Source of the DNA: Balanoglossus misakiensis
Taxonomy: Eukaryota > Animalia > Hemichordata
Length of the DNA stretch: 64,000 bases
Direction of reading: 5' to 3'
Assembly (NCBI GenBank): GCA_040954595.2
Contig: CM082579.2
Location: 15,414,550-15,478,549 of the forward strand
Shown here: positions 12,398 to 27,088 of the stretch, in pieces
How the letters are laid out: each line of letters begins with the position of its first letter
How positions within the stretch are numbered: position 1 is the first letter of the stretch
The notes under the pieces: model-generated
Databases searched by the model: none
What the model saw: only the letters and a program-made list of their open reading frames with translations
Told to the model about the DNA's origin: nothing
Translations under genes and position numbers: made by a program

Positions 12398-13006
12398 CGA
12401 ACACCTGCTGGATAATTTAATTTTTGCCCTTCTTGTCCCATGATTATATGTGTAATATCTCATTTTCAATGTGTTTACATGTATATATGCAGAATCCATT
12501 TCAAACTAAGTGGGCATATTGTAGCGCCAATCTTATTTCTTAATCCGCACCACAGAACTGATGCAAGGTTTAGGACTGGAAATGTATGTGGCCACTGGCC
12601 GACACCCCGGGCGAGAGGTCTCCAATTATTTTCAGCATGTAGTGTGCTTCCCGGTTGATAACATCAATATGTGTAAATGCCAAAAACCCGACCTATTGTA
12701 ATACCAGTCAAATTTTCTTTGTCATTTACCATTTTTCTCTTGCATATGAAGGTTTTTCTTAAAGAGTACATACCCATATACATTTGTATGGGAGCACACA
12801 TCCCCACCCCCTGCCAACAATAATTGGACAACTTTATTCTTCTTATACTTCTTTTTAGTCTAAACATTCATATAGAGAAGGCAACATGTTCCTGAAGCTG
12901 CTGACTATGGAAATATGATGAAGTACATTTTCCTAGTTGTACATGTACAGTATGATAGGCCCAATGTACCAATTGGAGATGTGTGCCTTACAGGCAACAT
13001 ACATGT

Positions 13007-16000
13007 AGCTCTGCATGGCCTGGTTAATCAATGTTGACGCAAAGGTTGACCCTACCAAACACTCAAAATTAATGGGCACGACACTGGCCACTAGCTCTGC
13101 ATGGCCTGGTTAATCAATGTTGACGCAAAGGTTGACCCCACCAAACACTCAAAATTGATGGGCACGACACTGGCCACTAGCTCTGCATGGCCTGGTTAAT
13201 CAATGTTGACGCAAAGGTTGACCCCACCAAACACTCAAAATTGATGGGCACGACACTGGCCACTAGCTCTGCATGGCCTGGTTAATCAATGTTGACGCAA
13301 AGGTTGACCCCACCAAACACTCAAAATTGATGGGCACGACACTGGCCACTAGCTCTGCATGGCCTGGTTAATCAATGTTGACGCAAAGGTTGACCCCACC
13401 AAACACTCAAAATTGATGGGCACGACACTGGCCACTAGCTCTGCATGGCCTGGTTAATCAATGTTGACGCAAAGGTTGACCCCACCAAACACTCAAAATT
13501 GATGGGCACGACACTGGCCACTACAATGTAGCTCTGCATGGCCTGGTTAATCAATGTTGACGCAAAGGTTGACCCCACCAAACACTCAAAATTGATGGGC
13601 ACGACACTGGCCACTAGCTCTGCATGGCCTGGTTAATCAATGTTGACGCAAAGGTTGACCCCACCAAACACTCAAAATTGATGGGCACGACACTGGCCAC
13701 TACAATGTAGCTCTGCATGGCCTGGTTAATCAATGTTGACGCAAAGGTTGACCTCACCAAACACTCAAAATTGATGGGCACGACACTGGCCACTAGCTCT
13801 GGCCTGGCTAATCAATGTTGACGCAAGGGTTGACCCCACCAAACACTCAAAATTGATGGGCGCGACACTGGCCACTAGCTCTGGCCTGGCTAATCAATGT
13901 TGACGCAAGGGTTGACCCCACCAAACACTCAAAATTAATGGGCGCGACACTGGCCACTAGCTCTGGCCTGGCTAATCAATGTTGACGCAAGGGTTGACCC
14001 CACCAAACACTCAAAATTGATGGGCACGACACTGGCCACTAGCTCTGGCGTGGCTAATCAAGGTTGACGCAAAGGTTGACCCCACCAAACACTCAAAATT
14101 GATGGGCGCGACACTGGCCACTAGCTCTCGCGTGGCTAATCAAGGTTGACGCAAAGGTTGACCCCACCAAACACTCAAAATTGATGGGCACGACACTGGC
14201 CACTAGCTCTGGCCTGGCTAATCCAGGTTGACGCAAGGGTTAACCCCACCAAACACTCAAAATTAATGGGCGCGACACTGGCCACTAAGCTCTGGCCTGG
14301 CTAATCAATGTTGACGCAAGGGTTGACCCCACCAAACACTCAAAATTGATGGGCACGACACTGGCCACTAGTTCTGGCCTGGCTAATCAAGGTTGACGCA
14401 AGGGTTGACCCCACCAAACACTCAAAATTGATGGGCACGACACTGGCCACTAAGCTCTGGCCTGGTTAATCAATGTTGAAGCAAAGGTTGACCCCACCAA
14501 ACACTCAAAATTAATGGGGACGACACTGGCCACTAGCACTGCATGGCCTGGTTAATCAATGTTGACGCAAAGGTTGACCCCACCAAACACTCAAAATTAA
14601 TGGGCACGACACTGGCCACTAGCTCTGGCCTGGCTAATCAAGGTTGACGCAAGGGTTAACCCCACCAAACACTCAAAATTAATGGGCGCGACACTGGCCA
14701 CTAAGCTCTGGCCTGGCTAATCAATGTTGACGCAAGGGTTGACCCCACCAAACACTCAAAATTGATGGGCACGACACTGGCCACTAGCTCTGGCCTGGCT
14801 AATCAAGGTTGACGCAAGGGTTGACCCCACCAAACACTCAAAATTGATGGGCACGACACTGGCCACTAAGCTCTGGCCTGGTTAATCAATGTTGAAGCAA
14901 AGGTTGACCCCACCAAACACTCAAAATTAATGGGAACGACACTGGCCACTAGCTCTGCATGGCCTGGTTAATCAATGTTGACGCAAAGGTTGACCCCACC
15001 AAACACTCAAAATTGATGGGCACGACACTGGCCACTAGCTCTGGCCTGGCTAATCAAGGTTGACGCAAGGGTTGACCCCACCAAACACTCAAAATTGATG
15101 GGCACGGCACTGGCCACTAGCTCTGGCCTGGCTAATCAATGTTGACGCAAGGGTTGACCCCACCAAACACTCAAAATTGATGGGCACGACACTGGCCACT
15201 AGCTCTGGCCTGGCTAATCAATGTTGACACAAGGGTTGACCCCACCAAACACTCAAAATTGATGGGCACGACACTGGCCACTAGCTCTGGCCTGGCTAAT
15301 CAATGTTGACGCAAGGGTTGACCCCACCAAACACTCAAAATTGATGGGCGCGACACTGGCCACTAGCTCTGGCCTGGCTAATCAATGTTGACGCAAGGGT
15401 TGACCCCACCAAACACTCAAAATTTGTGGGCACGACACTGGCCACTAGCTCTGCCGTGGCTAATCAAGGTTGACGCAAAGGTTGACCCCACCAAACACTC
15501 AAAATTGATGGGCGCGACACTGGCCCCTAGCTCTGGCCTGGCTAATCCAGGTTGACGCAAGGGTTAACCCCACCAAACACTCAAAATTAATGGGCGCGAC
15601 ACTGGCCACTAAGCTCTGGCCTGGCTAATCAATGTTGACGCAAGGGTTGACCCCACCAAACACTCATAATTGATGGGCACGACACTGGCCACTAGCTCTG
15701 GCCTGGCTAATCAAGGTTGACGCAAGGGTTGACCCCACCAAACACTCAAAATTAATGGGCGCGACACTGGCCACTAAGCTCTGGCCTGGTTAATCAATGT
15801 TGAAGCAAAGGTTGACCCCACCAAACACTCAAAATTAATGGGAACGACACTGGCCACTAGCTCTGCATGGCCTGGTTTATCAATGTTGACGCAAAGGTTG
15901 ACCCCACCAAACACTCAAAATTAATGGGCACGACACTGGCCACTAGCTCTGCATGGCCTGGTTAATCAATGTTGACGCAAAGGTTGACCCCACCAAACAC

Positions 16001-16460
16001 TCAAAATTAATGGGCACGACACTGGCCACTAGCTCTGCATGGCCTGGTTAATCAATGTTGACGCAAAGGTTGACCCCACCAAACACTCAAAATTAATGGG
16101 CACGACACTGGCTACTAGCTCTGCATGGCATGGTTAATCAATGTTGACGCAAAGGTTGACCCCACCAAACACTCAAAATTAATGGGCACGACACTGGCCA
16201 CTAGCTCTGCATGGCCTGGTTAATCAATGTTGACGCAAAGGTTGACCCCACCAAACACTAAAAATTAATGGCCACGACACTGGCCACTAGCTCTGCATGG
16301 CCTGGTTAATCAATGTTGACGCAAAGGTTGACCCCACCAAACACTCAAAATTAATGGGCACGACACTGGCCACTAGCTCTGCATGGCCTGGTTAATCAAT
16401 GTTAACGCAAAGGTTGACCCCACCAAACACTCAAAATTAATGGGCACGACACTGGCCACT
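13007..16460 (+). repeat. satellite array 1, 86-bp monomer (82/83/93-bp variants), about 41 units
   Basis: agctctgcatggcctggttaatcaatgttgacgcaaaggttgaccccaccaaacactcaaaattgatgggcacgacactggccact. Confidence 0.98.
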
Positions 16461-16469
16461 ACATGTATT

Positions 16470-17306
16470 TGTGATATTTTACATGGTTAACCACGCCTTG
16501 AGAAAAGTAATTATAAGAGAACTTTGTTTCCAAAGTTAGGGGAGAATAATATAACGGGAGATGGGAGTACCTCAGGCTACTGAGCTCGTTCCCTTCCTCA
16601 TGTACTTTACTGGGCGTATTTGATGTACTATAATAATTCCGGACAATAAATGAACGTAAATCAGATACGTTTCTCTGTGGATCACGGTTCTCGTCAGAGC
16701 CCGTTACCTCATCGCTACAGATTCCCCGATGCATGAACAATCATGAGAAACCAGCGGTAATACAAGTGTCACGATTGAGTTTTAACGATCATAGATCTTG
16801 TTTATGATTACGTAAGAAGTCATTCACTTATATGGTTTTAGTCCAGTATTGACATTGGTACTTGACCCAGAGTAAACAAGATTGTGTAATTGATACATGT
16901 CAGAACGAGATAGAGATATCACGCGCTAAGTTCATGTTTAAGAAATATCAAGATGACGTGTTCCTTTTATGACTTAATACTTGACTAACGTATTAATAAG
17001 GTGTGGTGAAATTTGAGATCACACATTTATCACCGGAGATCCGTGATGGGAGTCAACGAGCATGGATCGAGTCGTGTAATTCTTACGTGTGACCAGTAAT
17101 AAACCAGAACTTTGTGTTACTCGGAAAACTTCTTGCAAGTCTCTGTCTACGAAAGGTTTACGATCTGCCGGGTACCTCTCTCGGACTTTATGAATATGTT
17201 GGGTGGAGAAGGAGATGGAGAGAATGTACGCCGTCAGCTTTCGGACGTGGCTGATTCCCCACAGAAGCCGATGAGGTAAACGTCCGGAGGACGACCGGCC
17301 GTAACA
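16470..17306 (+). mobile_element. putative solo LTR (copy at 20230-21066)
   Basis: TGT...CGTAACA ends, internal AATAAA at 17098, abuts a LINE fragment; no TSD found. Confidence 0.45.
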
Positions 17307-17319
17307 ACAAACTGCATGA

Positions 17320-17642
17320 ATTAAAGTTCAACAATCCTTAGAAGACAGGAACGTCAGAGGTTGAATCTTGATGGGAAAAGGCGAGGTATCGCTGGTTATC
17401 ATCGGCGTACTGATGAAATTGTAGGATGTGGGGACGAATCGGTTTACTATAAAGTGGGGCTATATAAATGGTGAACAACAGAGGGGCAGTGGCACCCCGT
17501 ATACGAGAGGTGACTGTGAACTTGCAGTGTTTTCGATGATTACAGTTTGATATCTATATTGAAGGTAAGATGTAAACCATGTTAGTACTGTGTCTGAGAT
17601 GCCAAGGTTCGATAGTCTACAAAGAAGTATCCCGTGATGCAA
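17320..17642 (-). mobile_element. degenerate LINE (CR1/L2-like) reverse transcriptase fragment
   Basis: HGILLCRL..LGI...LTWFTSYL..RYQ.V...GVP, then FHQYADDNQRY; frameshifted. Confidence 0.9.
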
Positions 17643-17737
17643 ATGTACAACTGAAGAAAAAAGGAATCACAAATCTTAAAACTAAGATGCCGTTAAGAAT
17701 TAAATTTCGCGAAAAGGAAGTGACGAAATACGTACAT

Positions 17738-20220
17738 CAAAATTGATGGGCACGACACTGGCCACTAGCTCTGGCCTGGCTAATCAATGTTGACGCAAGG
17801 GTTGACCCCACCAAACACTCAAAATTGATGGGCGCGACACTGGCCACTAGCTCTGGCCTGGCTAATCAATGTTGACGCAAGGGTTGACCCCACCAAACAC
17901 TCAAAATTTGTGGGCACGACACTGGCCACTAGCTCTGCCGTGGCTAATCAAGGTTGACGCAAAGGTTGACCCCACCAAACACTCAAAATTGATGGGCGCG
18001 ACACTGGCCCCTAGCTCTGGCCTGGCTAATCCAGGTTGACGCAAGGGTTAACCCCACCAAACACTCAAAATTAATGGGCGCGACACTGGCCACTAAGCTC
18101 TGGCCTGGCTAATCAATGTTGACGCAAGGGTTGACCCCACCAAACACTCATAATTGATGGGCACGACACTGGCCACTAGCTCTGGCCTGGCTAATCAAGG
18201 TTGACGCAAGGGTTGACCCCACCAAACACTCAAAATTAATGGGCGCGACACTGGCCACTAAGCTCCTGCCTGGTTAATCAATGTTGAAGCAAAGGTTGAC
18301 CCCACCAAACACTCAAAATTAATGGGAACGACACTGGCCACTAGCTCTGCATGGCCTGGTTTATCAATGTTGACGCAAAGGTTGACCCCACCAAACACTC
18401 AAAATTAATGGGCACGACACTGGCCACTAGCTCTGCATGGCCTGGTTAATCAATGTTGACGCAAAGGTTGACCCCACCAAACACTCAAAATTAATGGGCA
18501 CGACACTGGCCACTAGCTCTGCATGGCCAGGTTAATCAATGTTGACGCAAAGGTTGACCCCACCAAACACTCAAAATTAATGGGCACGACACTGGCTACT
18601 AGCTCTGCATGGCATGGTTAATCAATGTTGACGCAAAGGTTGACCCCACCAAACACTCAAAATTAATGGCCACGACACTGGCCACTAGCTCTGCATGGCC
18701 TGGTTAATCAATGTTGACGCAAAGGTTGACCCCACCAAACACTCAAAATTAATGGGCACGACACTGGCCACTAGCTCTGCATGGCCTGGTTAATCAATGT
18801 TGACGCAAAGGTTGACCCCACCAAACACTCAAAATTAATGGGCACGACACTGGCCACTAGCTCTGCATGGCCAGGTTAATCAATGTTGACGCAAAGGTTG
18901 ACCCCACCAAACACTCAAAATTAATGGGCACGACACTGGCTACTAGCTCTGCATGGCATGGTTAATCAATGTTGACGCAAAGGTTGACCCCACCAAACAC
19001 TCAAAATTAATGGGCACGACACTGGCCACTAGCTCTGCATGGCCTGGTTAATCAATGTTGACGCAAAGGTTGACCCCACCAAACACTAAAAATTAATGGG
19101 CGCGACACTGGCCCCTAGCTCTGGCCTGGCTAATCCAGGTTGACGCAAGGGTTAACCCCACCAAACACTCAAAATTAATGGGCGCGACACTGGCCACTAA
19201 GCTCTGGCCTGGCTAATCAATGTTGACGCAAGGGTTGACCCCACCAAACACTCATAATTGATGGGCACGACACTGGCCACTAGCTCTGGCCTGGCTAATC
19301 AAGGTTGACGCAAGGGTTGACCCCACCAAACACTCAAAATTAATGGGCGCGACACTGGCCACTAAGCTCTGGCCTGGTTAATCAATGTTGAAGCAAAGGT
19401 TGACCCCACCAAACACTCAAAATTAATGGGAACGACACTGGCCACTAGCTCTGCATGGCCTGGTTTATCAATGTTGACGCAAAGGTTGACCCCACCAAAC
19501 ACTCAAAATTAATGGGCACGACACTGGCCACTAGCTCTGCATGGCCTGGTTAATCAATGTTGACGCAAAGGTTGACCCCACCAAACACTCAAAATTATTG
19601 GGCACGACACTGGCCACTAGCTCTGCATGGCCTGGTTAATCAATGTTGACGCAAAGGTTGACCCCACCAAACACTCAAAATTAATGGGCACGACACTGGC
19701 TACTAGCTCTGCATGGCCTGGTTAATCAATGTTGACGCAAAGGTTGACCCCACCAAACACTCAAAATTAATGGGCACGACACTGGCTACTAGCTCTGCAT
19801 GGCATGGTTAATCAATGTTGACGCAAAGGTTGACCCCACCAAACACTCAAAATTAATGGGCACGACACTGGCCACTAGCTCTGCATGGCCTGGTTAATCA
19901 ATGTTGACGCAAAGGTTGACCCCACCAAACACTCAAAATTAATGGCCACGACACTGGCCACTAGCTCTGCATGGCCTGGTTAATCAATGTTGACGCAAAG
20001 GTTGACCCCACCAAACACTCAAAATTAATGGGCACGACACTGGCCACTAGCTCTGCATGGCCTGGTTAATCAATGTTAACGCAAAGGTTGACCCCACCAA
20101 ACACTCAAAATTAATGGGCACGACACTGGCCACTAGCTCTGCATGGCCTGGTTAATCAATGTTGACGCAAAGGTTGACCCCACCAAACACTCAAAATTAA
20201 TGGGCACGACACTGGCCACT
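17738..20220 (+). repeat. satellite array 2, same monomer
   Basis: Begins with the variant order seen from 15254 onward. Confidence 0.98.
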
Positions 20221-21079
20221 ACATGTATTTGTGATATTTTACATGGTTAACCACGCCTTGAGAAAAGTAATTATAAGAGAACTTTGTTTCCAAAGTTAGG
20301 GGAGAATAATATAACGGGAGATGGGAGTACCTCAGGCTACTGAGCTCGTTCCCTTCCTCATGTACTTTACTGGGCGTATTTGATGTACTATAATAATTCC
20401 GGACAATAAATGAACGTAAATCAGATACGTTTCTCCGTGGATCACGGTTCTCGTCAGAGCCCGTTACCTCATCGCTACAGATTCCCCGATGCATGAACAA
20501 TCATGAGAAACCAGCGGTAATACAAGTGTCACGATTGAGTTTTAACGATCATAGATCTTGTTTATGATTACGTAAGAAGTCATTCACTTATATGGTTTTA
20601 GTCCAGTATTGACATTGGTACTTGACCCAGAGTAAACAAGATTGTGTAATTGATACATGTCAGAACGAGATAGAGATATCACGCGCTAAGTTCATGTTTA
20701 AGAAATATCAAGATGACGTGTTCCTTTTATGACTTAATACTTGACTAACGTATTAATAAGGTGTGGTGAAATTTGAGATCACACATTTATCACCGGAGAT
20801 CCGTGATGGGAGTCAACGAGCATGGATCGAGTCGTGTAATTCTTACGTGTGACCAGTAATAAACCAGAACTTTGTGTTACTCGGAAAACTTCTTGCAAGT
20901 CTCTGTCTACGAAAGGTTTACGATCTGCCGGGTACCTCTCTCGGACTTTATGAATATGTTGGGTGGAGAAGGAGATGGAGAGAATGTACGCCGTCAGCTT
21001 TCGGACGTGGCTGATTCCCCACAGAAGCCGATGAGGTAAACGTCCGGAGGACGACCGGCCGTAACAACAAACTGCATGA

Positions 21080-21402
21080 ATTAAAGTTCAACAATCCTTA
21101 GAAGACAGGAACGTCAGAGGTTGAATCTTGATGGGAAAAGGCGAGGTATCGCTGGTTATCATCGGCGTACTGATGAAATTGTAGGATGTGGGGACGAATC
21201 GGTTTACTATAAAGTGGGGCTATATAAATGGTGAACAACAGAGGGGCAGTGGCACCCCGTACACGAGAGGTGACTGTGAACTTGCAGTGTTTTCGATGAT
21301 TACAGTTTGATATCTATATTGAAGGTAAGATGTAAACCATGTTAGTACTGTGTCTGAGATGCCAAGGTTCGATAGTCTACAAAGAAGTATCCCGTGATGC
21401 AA
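21080..21402 (-). mobile_element. duplicate LINE RT fragment
   Basis: Copy of 17320-17642 at offset 3760. Confidence 0.9.
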
Positions 21403-23139
21403 ATGTACAACTGAAGAAAAAAGGAATCACAAATCTTAAAACTAAGATGCCGTTAAGAATTAAATTTCGCGAAAAGGAAGTGACGAAATACGTACATTTT
21501 CAGGTGCTCTACAACAAGTAGTCTCCCTATCATCCCTATTGGAGCATGCAGCTAAAATTTACCATGACGTCATTGATTCTACGCGAACGTTTTTCTAATG
21601 GCGATAAACATATTTTGTATAACTTGTGCTCAAACGCCCGTGAATCTCACTCGCAAAAATTCACAAGTGGCGCATACAACACTAGGAAGAAAATTGTTTA
21701 GCAGTCTATAGAGTTTGTGACCTGAGATTTGGAAGTAAAAGTTAAACTTGAGACAGAAGTGATTGAAGAGTAAAGAAACTTTTGAAGTGTTAAGAAAGTT
21801 ATCGCATTCCTGATGAAAAGAAAAGAAAATACAATACATTCATTGTTTTAAGGAACACAAGGAAGACAAGTACTATGCAATCAGAGTATGCATGGATCAT
21901 TCATCTAAAAATATATCTCCGCGTCTTTTGGCGGGTAAAAATAAAATGCTGGAACGGTCTTTTGGATGGCGGACTATTTGTGTCCTTCTTGTCCTCAGAA
22001 CGCAAGTGGTCGAGTAGGTTTATTTCATTAAATTCTTATATTCTCAGTTGCTACCATAAATACCCAGTGTTCGTGTCGATGTATCTGGACGTCAGCACGA
22101 TTCCATATAGGTACCTCTCAGTATTAGCCAAGCGAGTTATCCCCATCGATAGAGTTTAATTCCCCGTTACATTCCCAACACCAATCCTCCCGCGTGACAT
22201 TGAGGTTGAAGGTATACAAGCCTTAGGAATCATGCAACCATCCAGAAAGTGTAATAAATTTTGAAGCTATGATGTGAGTTTTCAGTTCGTTTCTTCTTTT
22301 GATTTGTTGATGTAACATTGTGCGTTTTAAATAAAAGATAAAAAAATGTACAGCAATGACGTCACAAAATTCACTGGTATTGATAAAGCTATATTATATC
22401 ATATATTATATGTGTTAAATACTACCGTATCTCATTATTGCAGTATTTCGTGCTTTAACACAAAATACGCGAATAGGGTTTAATACAAAACTAAATGACA
22501 CAATTTCTGTTTCTTTGCCAAAATTCTTAATCACAAGATCAACCCATCCTTACGCCTCTACTCTATTGCTAAGAGAAACCAGCGTCCGTAACATGCATTG
22601 TGAAACCCCTCAACAACATGCATGTCAACACTTCATTTTTTCTCCAGCATTGTCAGTTTGGTACTCTGACAACTCACGGGGCATCATGGGACAATATTAA
22701 AGCTGATTCAGTGTTTATGTGCATAAAACACACGGCGGTGGAAACATTCGTTTTAAATTATTGTGGACGCGCGCACGCCCTTGTCTGTGTACAGGTACTT
22801 GATGCTTGTCTACAGTCACGTGAAACGCTGTTGGTAGTACCCTAGAAGATAGATATCTTTAATCAGAACTTTGGTAAGGAAGGTTTGAGAAGTCCATTCT
22901 ATGTAAAGAAAGTTTAAGAAGTGTGTTACCAAAGGGTGTGGGGGTGGCTGGGGGGTCATCAATATATCACTCTGCATCACGTTCACAGAAAAGGTCGCGA
23001 CACGCCCACAAATCCACTCACGACTTGCGTCACCGGTTACAGGAGTTCGTACAAAAGTGTGGTTTATGCACATTTACACTGAATCAGTTTTTTTGGCCCA
23101 TGATGCCCATGGGCAAATACAGGCCACGATGGCTCCAGA

Positions 23140-23383
23140 ATGATGATGGCAATGATGGTGATGATGATGATTGTGGTGGTGGTGGTGGTGGTGATTGAGC
23201 TTTAATTTCCCTTTCTTCCTGTCTAACCACTTCCTCTCTCACCTTCACTTATTCGGTCTCTCCCCTCCCCTTCTGTCAAAGTCCTCCCCTCATTCCCTTT
23301 CCATCCTGACATTCTCATTTCCGCCCTCTTGCTTTTCTTCTCCTTTCTCACATTCCTTTTCTCACCTCTCCCCCCCCCCTCCG
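23140..23383 (+). repeat. (GAT)n(GGT)n microsatellite followed by a C/T-rich tract
   Basis: Visible low complexity. Confidence 0.85.
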
Positions 23384-24018
23384 TAACATGTTATGTAATA
23401 TATAAAGTAAAAAAGTCCAAAGCATGATGTTATCACAGATGACATTTGGAATGTATTATTGTACTATCTGGTTTAATTTCAAACATAGTGGAGTTATTTA
23501 TTGGCCAGTATTTAAGCATGTTTAAAGAAGTCAAACAGCATAATAGGCACATTTCATATCAAACAAAATTGATCAAATAAGCTCAAAAGAGGATTTGAAC
23601 AATTTGTCCCTTTAAGTAATGTTCAATATTAGATTTACACTTGTGATTGTATGTCATCTCCCTTTTGTTAGAAACCTCACAGTCATATAATAAACAGGTG
23701 ACCTGACAATCATTTGAAATACCAAACTTCGGCAGCTATTCCAGTTTGGTCCAAAAACCTAATTTTAACTGGCACCTCAACTTTAGGACTATTATGGATG
23801 TTGCTGAAACTTCAAGTGGGCTGCTTGTGAAGAGGAAGACGTGGAGTGTCTCTCAGACAACGCTGCGCTCAGTCAGAGATAAAGTCAAAATATGGATTTG
23901 ACTTGCAACAGTAATTTGTTAGTTAAGTCAAATTCAACTTAAATCTGTCTCTTTGGGTCAGTCTTAACGGGTGTAGCATGCTGGAAGGGTGTGCTTACCC
24001 ATTTCCGACACCTAGTAC

Positions 24019-24468
24019 CACAGGGGGCTGCAAACATGAAAGTTATAAATGGCGAAGTACGTTCCATTCTGCGTTTTCCCAACCTGTCTTATCATTTGCT
24101 AATCCAGAATAAAAGCTATCCATTTCCCATTAATCACCTGCTAACGACTTAATCTGTGTGCCCCATCCACGGATTAAGTTAATAAAGTAAACATCGGTCA
24201 GCGAGTACTGGGTATTCTCTTACCAAGTGAGAACTGACCGATGTTTACTTAATCCACTAAATCCGTGGATGGGGCACACAGATTAAGTCGTTAGCAGGTG
24301 CTTAATGGGAAATGCAATAGTTTGTATTCTGGATTAGCAACTGCTAAGACAGGTGGAGGTAACACAGAAAAATAAACAAGCGCAAAGACTGTTCATCAAT
24401 TAATGTTTATTGGGGGAAAATGCAGGAACTCCGCCATTTATAACTTTCATGTTTGCAGCCCCCCTGTG
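24019..24468. mobile_element. palindromic MITE, P-element-like ends
   Basis: ~35 bp TIR cacagggggctgcaaacatgaaagttataaatggcg; ~7 bp TSD ctagtac/cgagtac; interior also inverted. Confidence 0.85.
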
Positions 24469-26107
24469 CGAGTACTACCACTTAGCAGTGGTTCAAGATG
24501 ATCCTGTTGAAATTGTAAGTTTTTTCTCTTATTTCTTTTTTGAACCTGGACCTGGTAATTAGCTTAGCTTTAGTAATATTGATTATTGGACCTGGTTTGA
24601 TGTCTTATTATAACAACTACAGAAGAATCTCTGGACACAGTGAAATACACTCCAGGGTTATGGTAATGACTGACAAATTGTCAGTTTAAAAAAGTAGACA
24701 AAGAACTCAGTTAAATATTATAATAAAAATATGCTTTAATATAAGGAAAAGGTACAATTGATATACTTGTAATTAAAACTTAAATATAATGATGAAATTC
24801 TTCAACTGTTCTGTAGTTGCACCAGTATTTGTATAAGCTAAAACTGTTGACTTCTGGCAGGACAACTCAAACAGATATTAAACTTATTTATAGTACTTCC
24901 ACTTCATGACTTTGTTCAAAAATTTCCCAAACTTATTTCATTGTTGATGAGTTGTCACCTCCGAACAACACAAAAAGGAACAGTTTGTATAAAAAAGTAA
25001 TTTTGCATGAATCTTAAACATACATGCACAAGTTGAGTGAATAACACAATATAATCATATTCTACAATGAATTACAATATCAAGATTAAGGGTTTCACAT
25101 ATGACATTACATTGCTACATTTTATATACATGAATTTAATTTGAAAAATTTCCATTGATCTATAACACCATGAATAATATAAAAATATGCGAATAAATAC
25201 TTTGAATTATTATATATACATGTCAGGTCTCAAAGTGAGTAACTATATTTCCATTCACCTATGAACTGGTTATTAACCAAATGAAATGATAGGATCTTTT
25301 ATTTTGAGGATCTTATAATTGTGATCATACACATCCATATTCCAAAATTCGCATGCCAAACAAATATCAGATTTATACGGCCAGTTGTAAAGACAGTACA
25401 AGGGGCAAAAAAATTGATAATAGTTAATCATCATCTCCCTTCTTTTACAGTCTTGGAGAATGGTGACGGTTGAAGTCAAATTAAAGAAAAATATCAAGAA
25501 AAATATCAAAATTTGAAGCACTAATTCAGGAGGATATATATCATCGGGAGGTAGTCACTGAATATATTGAGAGAAATAATTCATAATCTATGCATTTGGA
25601 TGAAAAGACCTTCTACCTGATCAAGTTAAGGATAAATGCTGCCTTGTATGAATACAGAAGCAAGTCAGCATGCAAAGGGAGAGCTGAATTGGTACACAGT
25701 TAAATTTGTCCTCCAAATTCAACAAAAATATGTTGTTGTTTAGGAATTCTCGTATTATCATATCTTTTTCATTACACAATACCTTATAATAAGTCATAAC
25801 AAATTTTTAAGGAAAATTCTTTAAAATATGTAAAATATATAGCCTTATAACCAACATACTTTAAAGATGATTATTTATGATCATTTCATTCAGATGTTGC
25901 TAAGAGTGTAATAATAAAGATCTGTTTCACTCCAACCAATTTAATGTGCGCTTATCACAGTACTGTCGTCTGACAAAGCATAACTATTATTGTTATCATT
26001 TATGGGATTATACCAAGCTTATCACAGTACTGTGTCAACTCACAAAATGAAAACCATTCTAGTTATCATTTGAATTATACCATACATGTACACACAGAGA
26101 TGGCACA

Positions 26108-26373
26108 TTAGAAGTATCTGTCTCCGTGACTCTCATGAAATAGTTCATTTCTACTCTTAAGAGGCCTTGGTCTCCATTCCTCACTTCCACTGGCACTACC
26201 ACTGTCGCCACTATACATGGGATTGTAGTGATAGATTTCTCTGAAGGCTTCCTCATCTTCCACACTTTTCCCTGCCTTGCTATCAACATCATCTGTATCA
26301 TCAAACCAATGGATATCCATAGTTGCCTCTTGTTCTTCCCAGCCTGGATGTTTCTTTCCTCCAAGAGCACACC
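26108..26373 (-). CDS. last coding exon: acidic cytoplasmic tail with NPxY
   Basis: ...EIYHYNPMYSGD...DRYF*; phase 2 acceptor matches the TM exon. Confidence 0.85.
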
Positions 26374-26724
26374 TGAATGTCAAATAGTTGAACATCATCA
26401 ATGTGGGATTTGTTGTGATGTTGTTACTACTGTAGAATAACGCAGGTGGTTGTTGGACACTTTGCGGTCTGGTCGCGTGACTTTGCCTTGTTAGCCGCCA
26501 TGCATGTTGAACGCAAATTATACCATGATGCACTGCAGTTACCCTATACGCTAATAGGTCTATGCATGAACTCTTTGAATAAATTTGCTTCCACGATACA
26601 GATGTGATTATTTTTCACGTTGCCTCATGCATGTATGGAAAGATACAGGTAAATTCCCAGTTTTCTGATGGGCAACATGTCTACAGCTGTCTCGATTCTA
26701 CTCTGGTAGTACTAAATAACTTAC

Positions 26725-26821
26725 CGTTGGTACATGAGTAACATTATTACACCAAGCACTAACACAGCCGCTAAACCTCCCGCAACACCACCAATGATGA
26801 CAGCTGTGTCAACGGAGGAAT
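26725..26821 (-). CDS. exon: transmembrane helix
   Basis: AVIIGGVAGGLAAVLVLGVIMLLMYQR; donor GTAAGT. Confidence 0.9.
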
Positions 26822-27088
26822 CTGTAAGAGTTTAAATATTTCTATTTGTCACGGGGGCGATATGCTACGATAAAAGCAAGAAAACCATTCATTATGATGC
26901 TTAACTATTGTAAAATGGTTAGTTGACCAAAAATCTAGTTATACTGCAGATGTTGCAGTTTCACCATTTTCACAAATATTTTCAAGACAACGTAAACTGT
27001 AATCATGTAGATCAAACAAATGTGTAAACTTTAGTGAATATTGTTTTTCAATCTTGAGTTATTAAAAGACAAAGAAATGTATACACAC

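Larger units (their letters stand above)
2810..12999 (+). repeat. left arm of large inverted duplication
   Basis: Colinear reverse complement of 38001-49682; ends attgagcatgcg (2810 pairs with 49682) and gtgccttacaggcaaca (12999 pairs with 38001). Confidence 0.93.

Noticed and set aside
17410-17420. CTGATGA hammerhead core
   Set aside because: It is the antisense of the RT FHQY codons and lacks the required stems
13007-20220. CRISPR-like array
   Set aside because: Head-to-tail monomers with no unique spacers, no cas genes, eukaryotic context
22020-22270. Possible decayed minus-strand terminal exon
   Set aside because: Needs a stop and a frameshift to read through; no recognisable domain
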